Positions 1 to 8,600 of a stretch of DNA of 64,000 bases are shown in pieces. The translations under genes were made by a program, and so were the position numbers. Numbering within the stretch: the first letter of the stretch is position 1; the number at the start of each line of letters is the position of its first letter. This DNA is from Acidimicrobiia bacterium (GTDB lineage Bacteria > Actinomycetota > Acidimicrobiia > IMCC26256 > JACDBD01): assembly GCA_035637335.1 (NCBI GenBank), contig DASPXI010000046.1, forward strand, positions 1,311 to 65,310, read 5' to 3'. The notes beneath the pieces are model-generated. The model had not been told where the DNA came from, did no database searches, and saw only the letters and a list, made by a program, of their open reading frames with translations.

Positions 1-2
1 GC

Positions 3-197
3 CGGCTGGGATGGGCGAAGGTCGTGGCGGTGGGACCGACCGTCCGCAACGTCGAGGACGGCGACCTCGTGCTGTTCGCCCCGGACGCCGGCTTCGAGAT
101 CGACATTCGGGGCGAGGACTACCTGATACTCCGGGAACGTGACGTCCATGCGGTCGCGTCCAGTCGCACCGAAGGCCAGACGGGTCTGTATCTGTGA
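3..197 (+). CDS. GroES-family co-chaperonin-like protein, C-terminal fragment (5' end outside window)
   Basis: My translation of frame 3 gives ...VVAVGPTVRNVEDGDLVLFAPDAGFEIDIRGEDYLILRERDVHAVAS..., resembling the GroES C-terminus (EYLIL..DVLAV). The stop TGA at 195-197 overlaps the next gene's GTG. Confidence 0.5.
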   Translation, partial: RLGWAKVVAVGPTVRNVEDGDLVLFAPDAGFEIDIRGEDYLILRERDVHAVASSRTEGQTGLYL

Positions 198-964
198 TCG
201 ACCCGGTAACCGCGTTCCGCTTGGACGGCAAGGTCGCGCTGGTCACCGGAGCCACGCGCGGCATCGGACGTGCCATCGCCGAGGCGTACGCCGCCGCCGG
301 GGCCGACGTGTGCGTGCTCGCGCGCAAGAAGGACGAGCTCGACGAGACCCAGGTTGCGCTCGCGGCCGTGGGACCGCGCGTCGCCGTCTACGCCGGCTCG
401 GCCGGTGACCCCGAGGCCATCGAGGCGTCCGTTGCGCACTGTCTCGACGAGCTCGGCGCTCTCGACATCCTCGTGAACAACGCCGGCACGAACCCGACGT
501 TCGGGCCGATGATCGAGACGGAGACTCGCGCCGTGCGAAAGGTCCTCGAGGTGAACGTCGAGGGTCCGCTGCTGCTTTCGCAAGCAGCATGGCGTACGTG
601 GATGCGCGACCACGGTGGCGTGATCATCAACGTGGCGTCTCTCGGTGGTATCCGCCCCTCGCTGGGCATCGGCATGTACAACACGTCGAAAGCGGCGCTG
701 ATCCACATGACGCGCCAGCTCGCGGTCGAGCTTGCCCCCGGCGTTCGGGTGAACGGAATTGCACCCGGTCTCGTCAAGACCCACTTCGCTCGACCGCTCT
801 ACGAGCACGACGAGGAAGGCACGGCGGCGCGCTTCCCGATGAAGCGCCTCGGCATACCCGACGACGTCGCCGGCGCGGCGTTGTTTCTTGCATCCGACGC
901 GTCGTCGTGGATCACAGGCGAGCTGATCGTCGTCGACGGCGGCGGGCTGATCGGCGGCCCGTAA
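194..964 (+). CDS. SDR family oxidoreductase (3-oxoacyl-ACP reductase-like)
   Basis: Track ORF of 256 aa. It has the N-terminal TGATRGIGRAIA Rossmann motif, NNAG, and the YNTSKAA catalytic Y-x3-K. Confidence 0.85.
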   Translation: MIDPVTAFRLDGKVALVTGATRGIGRAIAEAYAAAGADVCVLARKKDELDETQVALAAVGPRVAVYAGSAGDPEAIEASVAHCLDELGALDILVNNAGTNPTFGPMIETETRAVRKVLEVNVEGPLLLSQAAWRTWMRDHGGVIINVASLGGIRPSLGIGMYNTSKAALIHMTRQLAVELAPGVRVNGIAPGLVKTHFARPLYEHDEEGTAARFPMKRLGIPDDVAGAALFLASDASSWITGELIVVDGGGLIGGP

Positions 965-988
965 GGCGTTCTCGGGGAGCGCGCCCCC

Positions 989-1747
989 TTATAGGAACGC
1001 GCGTGCAACCTCGAGTGCGGCGACGGCGCCCTCGCCCTCGGCGACCAGACCCCGCGCTTCGTCACGCGTCATCCGCTGCACGAACAGGCGGCAGAACTCG
1101 CCCGCCGGTCCCGTGATCCGGTTGGACGATCCTTCCGGCCCGTACTCCCACGTCTCGTCGCCGGACGGCGACGTGAGCTCGACCCGAATGTCACCCGGTG
1201 GCGGCTCGTGCCCCGCGAACGAGAACGCGTACGGGAGGGCGCGGTGGCTGAGCCAGGCGACGTGCCGGAGAGCGTCGGTATCGACGACGGGAAGGCCCAG
1301 CGCGGCGCGCACGTCGAGACCGTGCGCCCACGCCTCCATGAGGCGGGCTGTCACGAATGAGGGTGGGCGCATCCCGAGGCCCCACGGAACGCGCGTGGCG
1401 GCGTCGAGGCCGGCGAGCACGTTCCGCTCACGGGCCGACGTCTCCTCCCACCACGCCAGCACGTCGCGCCCGGAGCACCGGCGACCGCGCAGCACACCCC
1501 ACAAGGTCGTGTCCTCGGCGGACGCGAAGCGAGCCGCGAAGTCGTTGAGGGGACGTGGTCCCCCGGTGCAAGTGTCGATGGCGATCTCGTCGGTGTCGGC
1601 AAGGTGCGCGATCGTGTCGCGGACGTCCCAGCCCTTGGCCGGCGTCGGCCGGAACCAGTCGTCCGCGTTCAGGTCATGTAGCTCTGTCTGCAGGCTCGTC
1701 TGGTCGTGCTCGAGCGCCTCGAGCAGCGAACGGAAGTCAGTGTCCAC
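989..1747 (-). CDS. Maleylpyruvate isomerase-family, mycothiol-dependent (DinB-like, TIGR03084-type) protein
   Basis: The C-terminal 252 aa of track ORF 989..2071 has DinB-like sequence (WDVRDTIAHLADTD...). The N-terminal 108 aa of the track ORF is Arg/Ser-rich and overlaps the upstream gene. An in-frame GTG at 1747 gives an 11-nt overlap with the upstream stop. Confidence 0.7.
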   Translation of the reverse strand: MDTDFRSLLEALEHDQTSLQTELHDLNADDWFRPTPAKGWDVRDTIAHLADTDEIAIDTCTGGPRPLNDFAARFASAEDTTLWGVLRGRRCSGRDVLAWWEETSARERNVLAGLDAATRVPWGLGMRPPSFVTARLMEAWAHGLDVRAALGLPVVDTDALRHVAWLSHRALPYAFSFAGHEPPPGDIRVELTSPSGDETWEYGPEGSSNRITGPAGEFCRLFVQRMTRDEARGLVAEGEGAVAALEVARAFL

Positions 1748-2567
1748 TGCTCCAGCGGCGAGAGCCGTTCGTCGCGCGCGAAGCCGGACGCCGGCGCGTG
1801 AATTGCACCGGGACTTCGGAGGGATGCGGTGCCGGCGGAGGCTCCGCCCGCGTCCGGTCGTCGAGGTAGGCGACCACCTGCTTGTACAGCTCGTCGCCGA
1901 GCATCTTGCGCATCTCCTCGGCCATCGAACGGTAGACAGGCTCGGAGGCGGTGAAGGCCTCGGGAGCCTCGGTGCACCACCACGCGAACTCCCGACCGCC
2001 CTCGCCCCAACCGTCGCGACCGAACTCCGAGAACGTCGAGACGACCGAACCGTCCTCCTGCTCTTCGTCAACCGAGCGAAGCGGTAACTGCCAGCACACG
2101 TCGGGCTTCAGGTCGCTGTGATGCTGCCCGGTACGGATGGCGTGTTGGTGCAGCGCGCACCCCGGCCCGCCCGGGAATCCGGGTCGGTTCAAGAAGATGC
2201 AGGCGTCGTCGACGAGGCGGGTGCGCCATTCGATGCGTCCCTCCTCGTCCTTGCCGCTCTTCGCGTAAATGCCCTTGGCGCGTCCGGTCTTCGCGTACTG
2301 CCACTCATCATCGGAAAGTTCCTTTGCCGCGCGCACGACGCGATCGCGGTCCTTGCGGCTCGAGAAGTGCGCTCCATAGGAGCAGCAGCCCTGCACCATT
2401 TCCGCCGCGGGCTCGGTGAGCACACCCTGGCAGCCGTGCCCGAAGATGCACTGCCAGTGCGAAGTCAGGAACGTGACGTCGATCTGCCAGCGCCGGCCCT
2501 CTTCCTTCGGGTCGTCGAAGGTCACCCACTCACGGGTCGGCCCGGACCGGGTTCGCGGCGCGCTCAA
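1737..2567 (-). CDS. Conserved Cys-rich hypothetical protein
   Basis: Track ORF 1737..2618. Cys clusters HWQCIFGHGCQGV, GCCSYGAHF, GCALH and DVCWQLP. I place the start at TTG 2567, which is preceded by GGAAG 5 nt upstream. The 17 codons further upstream are the repeated three-box element, not protein. Confidence 0.65.
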   Translation of the reverse strand: MSAPRTRSGPTREWVTFDDPKEEGRRWQIDVTFLTSHWQCIFGHGCQGVLTEPAAEMVQGCCSYGAHFSSRKDRDRVVRAAKELSDDEWQYAKTGRAKGIYAKSGKDEEGRIEWRTRLVDDACIFLNRPGFPGGPGCALHQHAIRTGQHHSDLKPDVCWQLPLRSVDEEQEDGSVVSTFSEFGRDGWGEGGREFAWWCTEAPEAFTASEPVYRSMAEEMRKMLGDELYKQVVAYLDDRTRAEPPPAPHPSEVPVQFTRRRPASRATNGSRRWSSGH

Positions 2568-2574
2568 AATGCTT

Positions 2575-2632
2575 CCTTTCGCCGTCGCAAGCTCCGGCTG
2601 TGCAGCGACGGTCGGCAAAGCCGCCGTCGCTG
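2575..2632 (-). promoter_or_regulatory. Three-box leader element, copy A
   Basis: Minus-strand sequence GCGACGGCGGCTTTGCCGACCGTCGCTGCACAGCCGGAGCTTGCGACGGCGAAAGGAAG. It is near-identical to the copies at 31570, 38545 and 41106. Confidence 0.65.
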
Positions 2633-2638
2633 CCGCCG

Positions 2639-2644
2639 AGAGTA
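2639..2644 (-). promoter_or_regulatory. Candidate -10 box (TACTCT) for the Cys-rich gene
   Basis: TANNNT hexamer preceded by TGTG. It ends 8 nt before box 1 of copy A (10 nt before its GACGG core), close to the geometry upstream of pafA. Confidence 0.35.
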
Positions 2645-2659
2645 CACACCTCTCATCGG

Positions 2660-2665
2660 TAGGCT
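2660..2665 (+). promoter_or_regulatory. Candidate -10 box (TAGGCT) for glcD
   Basis: GGTAGGCT lies 6 nt upstream of the in-frame ATC at 2672. The same hexamer recurs at 22013, 33998, 36337 and 36563. Confidence 0.35.
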
Positions 2666-2809
2666 TTACATATCGACGGCAGTGGTGATGCCCACGCGCT
2701 CGTAGCCGACCTCGAGTCCAAGCTCGGCCCCGGCCGGGCGCGCGCCGAGCCGCTGGAGCTCGCGCTGTACCAGCGTGACGCCGGTGTCGATCGCGGCGAT
2801 GCCGCCGCC

Positions 2810-4108
2810 GTGTGCTTCCCGAACAGCGGCGTGGAGCTCGCCGCCGCCGTGCGCATCGCGGCGCAGCACGGTCGTCCGTTCGTGGCCCGCGGGAGCGGCA
2901 CCGGCCTCGCCGGGGGAGCGACCCCGGTGGGCGACCCGCTCGTGATCGTCACCACACATCTCAACCGGATCCTCGAGGTGAACGCCGAAGACAGGTACGC
3001 GTGGGTGGAGCCCGGAGTGCTCAACCTCGATCTGACTCGGGCGGTTCAGCACCTGAACCTGCACTACGCGCCGGATCCGTCGTCGCAGCAGGCGTGCACG
3101 ATCGGCGGCAACGTGGCGACGAACGCCGGGGGCCCGCATTGCCTCGCTGCCGGAGTCACTGCAATGCACGTGCTGGCGATCGAGGTCGTGCTGGCGGACG
3201 GTTCCACGACGATGCTCGGAGGCCTCGAGCCCGACCAGCCCGGCTACGACCTGCGCGGCTGTTTCGTCGGCAGCGAGGGCACGATGGGCATCGCGACCCG
3301 GATCGCGGTGCGGCTCGTGCCCGACCCGCCCGCGGTGCGCACGTTGCTGCTCGACTTCATGTCGATCGACGACGCCGCCGCGACCGTGAGCGCCATCATC
3401 GCCGACGGCATCGTTCCTGCCGCCCTCGAGATGATGGACGCCGAGATCACGCGGGCGGTCGAGGACTTCGTGGGGGCGGGATACCCACGGGACGCCGCCG
3501 CCGTCTTGCTCGTCGAGCTCGACGGGCTCCCGGCCGGAGTCGCCGCCCAGGTCGACGCGGTGCGTCGCATCGGGACGAAGCACAGCGCGCGCGCCGTGCG
3601 CGTGGCGGCCGACGAGGCCGAGCGCGCGCTGCTGTGGAAGGGACGCAAGTCGGCGTTCGGCGCCATCGCCCGTATCGCACCCGACTACTACCTCCACGAC
3701 GCCGTCGTGCCCCGCACCCGGCTCGTCGACGTGCTTCGGGACGTCTACCGGATCGCCGGCGAGTACGACCTGACGATGATGAACGTCTTCCACGCCGGCG
3801 ACGGCAACCTCCACCCGCTGATCGCGTTCGACCAGCGCCAGCCCGGCGTCTGGGAACGGGTGCATGCCGCCGGTGACGCCATCCTGCGTGTCTGCGTCGA
3901 CGCCGGTGGCGTGCTCTCGGGCGAGCACGGCATCGGGCTCGAGAAGCGGGAGGCGATGCCGCTGGTCTTCACGGCCGACGACCTCGATGCGCAGGCGAGG
4001 CTGCGGGACGCATTCGACCCTTCGGGCCGCGCCAATCCGCAAAAGATCCTGCCCCGCGGAAGCCGCTGCGGGGAGCTGCAGCGCATACCCGAAGGAGCTT
4101 GGGTCTGA
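2810..4108 (+). CDS. glcD: Glycolate oxidase subunit GlcD (FAD-linked oxidase). The true start is probably upstream, near 2672.
   Basis: Track ORF of 432 aa with an FAD-binding PCMH-type N-terminal region (RGSGTGLAGGA). The frame stays open and GlcD-like back to 2663 without any ATG/GTG/TTG. Confidence 0.85.
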   Translation: MCFPNSGVELAAAVRIAAQHGRPFVARGSGTGLAGGATPVGDPLVIVTTHLNRILEVNAEDRYAWVEPGVLNLDLTRAVQHLNLHYAPDPSSQQACTIGGNVATNAGGPHCLAAGVTAMHVLAIEVVLADGSTTMLGGLEPDQPGYDLRGCFVGSEGTMGIATRIAVRLVPDPPAVRTLLLDFMSIDDAAATVSAIIADGIVPAALEMMDAEITRAVEDFVGAGYPRDAAAVLLVELDGLPAGVAAQVDAVRRIGTKHSARAVRVAADEAERALLWKGRKSAFGAIARIAPDYYLHDAVVPRTRLVDVLRDVYRIAGEYDLTMMNVFHAGDGNLHPLIAFDQRQPGVWERVHAAGDAILRVCVDAGGVLSGEHGIGLEKREAMPLVFTADDLDAQARLRDAFDPSGRANPQKILPRGSRCGELQRIPEGAWV

Positions 4109-5148
4109 TGGCGACGCGTGTGGCGCTCGCGCTGGACGAGCTGCGGCAGACCATCGCGACCGCCGACGCCGTCCTGCCGACCGGCGCACGTACGCACTGG
4201 GAGGTCGGCAACCCGCCCGGCGACGGGGTCGTGGTGCGCGCCCCCGCCGGGGTCGTCGCGTACGACCCCGCCGAGCTGACGGTCACGGTCGGCGCCGGCA
4301 CGTCCGTGGGCGACCTTGCGGCAGTGCTGGCCGACGCCGGTCAGGAATGCCCGCTCGACCCGAGGTCAGCGGCGGCCACGGTGGGCGGCACGATCGCGAC
4401 CGGCTTGTCGGGGCCGCGCCGCCTCCGCCACGGGCCGCTGCGCGACCGCGTGCTCGAGGTCCGTTTCGTCACCGCTGACGGCCGGCTGGTGAAGGGAGGC
4501 GGGCCGACGGTCAAGAACGTGACCGGCTACGACATCCCCCGCCTACTCGTGGGGTCGTTCGGCACGATCGGCGTCCTCGTGCAGGTGACGCTGCGGTGCC
4601 AGCCGCGACCGCGGCACGCGCGCTGGGCCGTGACCGACGCCGATCCGTTCGAGACGCGCCGGCGTCTGTTCCGGCCGTCCTGCGTCGCCTGGGATGGTCG
4701 CACCACACGTGTGCTGCTCGAGGGAAACGACGACGACATCGCGGCTGAAGCCGCGGCTGCGGAACTCGAGCTCGGCGAGGCTGCCGAGCCCAGATGGCCG
4801 GACGGCGTGCACCGGGGACGAATGTCGGTGCGACCGAGCCGTCTCGGTGAGCTCGGTGCGGCGCTCGACGGCGTCGATGGTCCGCGGTGGCTGGCCGAAA
4901 TCGGCGTCGGCACGGTCCACGTCGCCGGCGATTCGCCCGATGCCCTCGTCGCCGCGCGTCAAGTGTCCGTCGCGCATGAAGGCTGGCTGCTCCGGGAATC
5001 CGGCGCCCCCGGTGTCGACGGCTACGGCGCGCCGCCGCCGAACCTCGCCATCCTCGAACGCATACGAGGCGCATTCGATCCCACCGGCAAGCTCGCACCC
5101 GGTCGGCTCCCGATCGCTCCCGCGCCATCGAGCTCGTCCGCGGCGTGA
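4108..5148 (+). CDS. glcE: Glycolate oxidase FAD-binding subunit GlcE
   Basis: Track ORF 4099..5148. ATG 4108 overlaps the glcD stop by 1 nt. The sequence is FAD_binding_4-like and the gene sits between glcD and glcF. Confidence 0.8.
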   Translation: MATRVALALDELRQTIATADAVLPTGARTHWEVGNPPGDGVVVRAPAGVVAYDPAELTVTVGAGTSVGDLAAVLADAGQECPLDPRSAAATVGGTIATGLSGPRRLRHGPLRDRVLEVRFVTADGRLVKGGGPTVKNVTGYDIPRLLVGSFGTIGVLVQVTLRCQPRPRHARWAVTDADPFETRRRLFRPSCVAWDGRTTRVLLEGNDDDIAAEAAAAELELGEAAEPRWPDGVHRGRMSVRPSRLGELGAALDGVDGPRWLAEIGVGTVHVAGDSPDALVAARQVSVAHEGWLLRESGAPGVDGYGAPPPNLAILERIRGAFDPTGKLAPGRLPIAPAPSSSSAA

Positions 5149-6347
5149 CCCAGCTCGCGCCGCTCGGGGTGCTCGACGTGGACGAGGACGAGCTCGTCGC
5201 GTGCGTGGCCTGCGGGCTGTGCCTCCCGCACTGCCCGACCTACCGCGTGACTGGTCTCGAGACCGCATCGCCCCGGGGCCGGATCGCGGCGATGCAGGCC
5301 GTGGAGCTCCACGGCGCGCCGCTCGACGCGACGTTCGAGCGCTACATGGAGGAATGCGTCCAGTGCCGCGGCTGCGAAGCGGCGTGCCCGTCGTCCGTGC
5401 CCTTCGGCCACCTCATGGAGGGCGCGCGCGACGCCTTGCACGAACACCGTCGGGCCGCGCGCCCACGGTGGCGACGGCTCGCGGAGTGGCTCGGTTACCG
5501 CGTGGTGCTGCCGCGCCACTGGCTGCTGCTCGGGCTGTCGTGGCTGCTCGCTTTCGCGCAGCGGCTGCGCCTCGTCCCCAAGAGGGTTCCGTTGCCGCGC
5601 ATCTCGATGCGCGCTCTGGCTCGGCCGCTGCATGCAGCAGCCGACCACAAAGTTGCCGATGCGTACCTGTTCCCGGGGTGCGTGATGGATGCGTGGCAGC
5701 GCGACACGCACCGGGCCGCACTGCGCGTGATGAACGCGGCGGGCGCGCAGCCTGGGCTGCCACGTCGCGGCGCCGACTGCTGCGGCGCGCTCCACGTCCA
5801 CGCCGGCCGCGTCGCCGACGCCCGCCGCCTCGCTCGCCGTGCCATGGCGTCGATGCCCGGCGACGCTCCAGTCGTGGTCGACAGCGCAGGGTGCGGTGCA
5901 GCGATGAAGGACTACGGCCGTCTCGTGGGCACCGAAGACGCGGTGGCGTTCGCGGCCCGGGTGCGGGACTTCTCCGAGTGGCTGACTGAACAGAGCCGGC
6001 TGCCACTGCGGTCGACCGGCCGGGTTGTGGTCGTGCAGGATCCCTGCCACCTGCGCCACGTGCAGCAGGCGGCGGGCGCGGTGCGCACGGTCCTCGCACC
6101 GGCGTACACGACCGTCGACACGGACGACGACGGGCTGTGCTGTGGCGCCGGGGGCGCGTACAACGCGCTACAGCCCGAGCTCGCGACCGAGATCCGCGAG
6201 CGAAAGGTCGCCGCCATCCGGCGAGCCGCCGGCCCCGGCGAGCCGCTGGTCGCGTCGGCGAACCCGGGCTGTGCCATGCACCTGGGTGCCGCCGGGCTCG
6301 ACGTTCGCCACCCCGCCGACCTGCTCGCCGAGGCGCTCGATGCCTGA
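5145..6347 (+). CDS. glcF: Glycolate oxidase iron-sulfur subunit GlcF
   Basis: Two 4Fe-4S motifs (CVACGLCLPHCP and CVQCRGCEAACP) plus Cys-rich CCG domains. GTGA overlap with glcE. Confidence 0.85.
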   Translation: MTQLAPLGVLDVDEDELVACVACGLCLPHCPTYRVTGLETASPRGRIAAMQAVELHGAPLDATFERYMEECVQCRGCEAACPSSVPFGHLMEGARDALHEHRRAARPRWRRLAEWLGYRVVLPRHWLLLGLSWLLAFAQRLRLVPKRVPLPRISMRALARPLHAAADHKVADAYLFPGCVMDAWQRDTHRAALRVMNAAGAQPGLPRRGADCCGALHVHAGRVADARRLARRAMASMPGDAPVVVDSAGCGAAMKDYGRLVGTEDAVAFAARVRDFSEWLTEQSRLPLRSTGRVVVVQDPCHLRHVQQAAGAVRTVLAPAYTTVDTDDDGLCCGAGGAYNALQPELATEIRERKVAAIRRAAGPGEPLVASANPGCAMHLGAAGLDVRHPADLLAEALDA

Positions 6348-6528
6348 GCGCGTCGACGAGCTCGTCGTGCAGCTCCGCGGCATCGAGGAGTCGCTGCGCG
6401 ACCTCGCCTACGACCGACTGAGTGCTGCCGTCGACGGCGACGAGGGCGCGGCGGCCGACGAGAAACGGCTCCAGCAGGCGCGCCGGGCGGTGGAGCGCGC
6501 CATCCACGTCCTCGGGGGTGAGCGTTAA
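6340..6528 (+). CDS. Small hypothetical protein (62 aa)
   Basis: ATG 6340 overlaps the end of glcF. MPERVDELVVQLRGIEESLRDLAYDRL... looks helical. No family recognised. Confidence 0.35.
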   Translation: MPERVDELVVQLRGIEESLRDLAYDRLSAAVDGDEGAAADEKRLQQARRAVERAIHVLGGER

Positions 6529-7580
6529 GCGCCTTCGACGCGACCCGGCTCGCGTCCGTTGAGCCGGTCGATGAGCTCACGCAGCCGGGCGTAGTTGTGG
6601 CGGTCGAAGCGAAAGGCGATGCGGTCCAGGTCGACATGATCGTCGTCGGCGCGTTCTGCCGGGGTTGCGTCGATACGTTCGATGCGTCCACGCGCCACGA
6701 TGTCGGCGAACTCCTCGTTCAGTGCGTCCAGCTCGGCGTCGTCGGGCGCCCGCTGCAGGCGAATGACGAGGATGCCCTCGATGTATCGCTGGGAGTGGTA
6801 GTTCGAGTAGAACCCGGTCACCTCGTCGACGGCACGCTCGACGTCGTCGGTGATCAGCATAAGGTTGAGGTCGTGCTTGCCGATGTAGCCCCCTCCGAGG
6901 AGTTCGCGGTCGATGAAGTCGCGCCAGGACTGCCAGAACGTCCCCCCGGGAACGTCGAGTAGGACGATCGGGGCCGGCTGCGTCTTTCCTGTCTGCACGA
7001 GCGTGAGGAGCTCGAAGGTCTCGTCCATCGTGCCGAAGCCGCCCGGCAGCATGACGAAGCCGTGGGCCTCCTTCACGAACAGGAGCTTCCGGGTGAAGAA
7101 GTACCGGAAGTTCATGAGCTTGGGATCGCCGGCGAGGAACTGGCTGGTGGCCGCCTCGAACGGCAGCCGGATGCTCACGCCGAACGCGTTGTCGGGACCG
7201 GCGCCCTCGACGCCGGCTTCCATGATCCCGGGACCGGCGCCCGTGATGACCATCCAGTCGTGCGCGGCCATTGCCATGGCGAGCCGGCGGGCCTGGTCGT
7301 AAAGCGGAGAGTCCGGCGCGGTGCGCGCCGATCCGAAGATGGCGAGCTTGCGCTCGCCCCGGTACGGCGCGAACACCTGGAAGGCGTAGCGCATCTCCTT
7401 GAGCGCGGCGTTGGCGATCTTGAGGTCGCCGCGGTCGGCGTGGTCGCGGGCCATACGGAGTGCCGAGACAACGAGCTCGAAGACCAGGTCGGCGTTCTCG
7501 GCGCCCGCCTGCTCGACCAGTGCCGCGATCTGAGCGTCGAGCTCGGGGTCACCGGTGCGATAACGGGGACGGCGTGCCAC
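6525..7580 (-). CDS. LOG family protein (TIGR00730 Rossmann fold, long form)
   Basis: Motifs GAGPGIMEA and PGGFGTMDETFE. Track ORF of 351 aa. Confidence 0.8.
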   Translation of the reverse strand: MARRPRYRTGDPELDAQIAALVEQAGAENADLVFELVVSALRMARDHADRGDLKIANAALKEMRYAFQVFAPYRGERKLAIFGSARTAPDSPLYDQARRLAMAMAAHDWMVITGAGPGIMEAGVEGAGPDNAFGVSIRLPFEAATSQFLAGDPKLMNFRYFFTRKLLFVKEAHGFVMLPGGFGTMDETFELLTLVQTGKTQPAPIVLLDVPGGTFWQSWRDFIDRELLGGGYIGKHDLNLMLITDDVERAVDEVTGFYSNYHSQRYIEGILVIRLQRAPDDAELDALNEEFADIVARGRIERIDATPAERADDDHVDLDRIAFRFDRHNYARLRELIDRLNGREPGRVEGA

Positions 7581-7607
7581 GTCGCGATCGTATGGCCTCG
7601 CCCCGCG

Positions 7608-8600
7608 CTATCGGACGACGGTCTCCGCCAGCTCGGCCAGTGACACCAACGGCCGCGCCCCGAAGTGCGAGATGACCTCGGCGGCCGCCGCCGCACCGAG
7701 GCGCCCGCACGTGGCGAGGTCGAGACCACGGGTGAGGCCGTAGAGGAAGCCGGCCGCGTACTGGTCGCCGGCGCCCGTCGTGTCGACGACACGGTCGATC
7801 GGATGCGCGTCGATGACATGAACTTCGTCGCCGGCAACGACCACCGACCCCCGCTCGCTGCGAGTCAACGCCGCGATCTGGCAGTGCCCCCGCACGCGCT
7901 GCAGCGCGGCGTCGAAGTCGTCGACCTCGTACAGCGAGCAGATCTCGGTCTCGTTCGCGAAGAGCACGTCGATCTCGTCCTCGACAAGGGCACGGAACTC
8001 CGAACGGTGCCGGTCGACGCAGAACGGGTCCGACAGTGTGAGCGCAACCCGCCGGCCGGCGTCTCGCGCTGCCGCCGCGGCTTTGCGGATGGCGTTCTTC
8101 GCCGGCGGCTGGTCCCACAGGTACCCCTCGAGGTACGTCACTTGGGCCCGGGCGACGACGGCGGGGTCCACGTCCTCGGGCCCGATGAACGTCGACGCGC
8201 CGAGATACGTGCACTGGGTGCGCTGCGCGTCAGGGGTCACCATCACGAGACAGCGGCCCGTCGCCGGTCCCGCGGTGGCAGGTGGGACGTCGAAGTGGAC
8301 GCCGAGGGAGCGAAGGTCGTGCGTATACACCTTGCCGAGCTGGTCGTCACGGACACGCCCGATGAACGCAACCGAAGCCCCGAAGGACGCCAGGCCCGCG
8401 ATCGTGTTCGCGCACGACCCACCCGAGATCTCCTGGGCCGGGGGCAGGTCGGCGTACACGGCCTCGGCGCGGTCGAGCTCGACCATCGTCGTCGCGCCGT
8501 GAGGGAAGTCGTGCGCCTCGATGAAGTCGTCGTCGACGGTGCTGATGACGTCGACGAGCGCGTTCCCGATCCCGACGACGTCGAAGTCCGCTTCGGTCAT
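7608..8600 (-). CDS. PfkB-family carbohydrate/adenosine kinase
   Basis: The C-terminal 330 aa of track ORF 7608..9203 (GIGNALVD..., DTTGAGD). ATG 8600 forms an ATGA overlap with the fbiC stop. The upstream extension is Arg/Pro-rich and overlaps fbiC. Confidence 0.8.
   Translation of the reverse strand: MTEADFDVVGIGNALVDVISTVDDDFIEAHDFPHGATTMVELDRAEAVYADLPPAQEISGGSCANTIAGLASFGASVAFIGRVRDDQLGKVYTHDLRSLGVHFDVPPATAGPATGRCLVMVTPDAQRTQCTYLGASTFIGPEDVDPAVVARAQVTYLEGYLWDQPPAKNAIRKAAAAARDAGRRVALTLSDPFCVDRHRSEFRALVEDEIDVLFANETEICSLYEVDDFDAALQRVRGHCQIAALTRSERGSVVVAGDEVHVIDAHPIDRVVDTTGAGDQYAAGFLYGLTRGLDLATCGRLGAAAAAEVISHFGARPLVSLAELAETVVR

Noticed and set aside
989-2071. N-terminal extensions of several track ORFs: 989..2071, 7608..9203, 18550..19980, 23402..24280, 23470..25749, 43752..44885 and 62873..63859.
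   Set aside because: - The extensions overlap the upstream gene and are low-complexity.
- In each case an internal ATG/GTG creates a 4-nt ATGA/GTGA overlap, or a short overlap, with the upstream stop and marks the onset of family-typical sequence.
2666-4189. 507-aa ORF on the minus strand, antisense to glcD. Similar long antisense or alternate-frame ORFs occur at 22029..23444, 27633..29048, 34158..35609, 38567..39997, 41837..42871, 47687..48811 and 48576..49667.
   Set aside because: - These ORFs are Arg/Gly/Asp/Pro-rich with no recognisable domains.
- Each fully overlaps a CDS with clear family motifs.
- This is the expected open-frame artefact of high-GC DNA.
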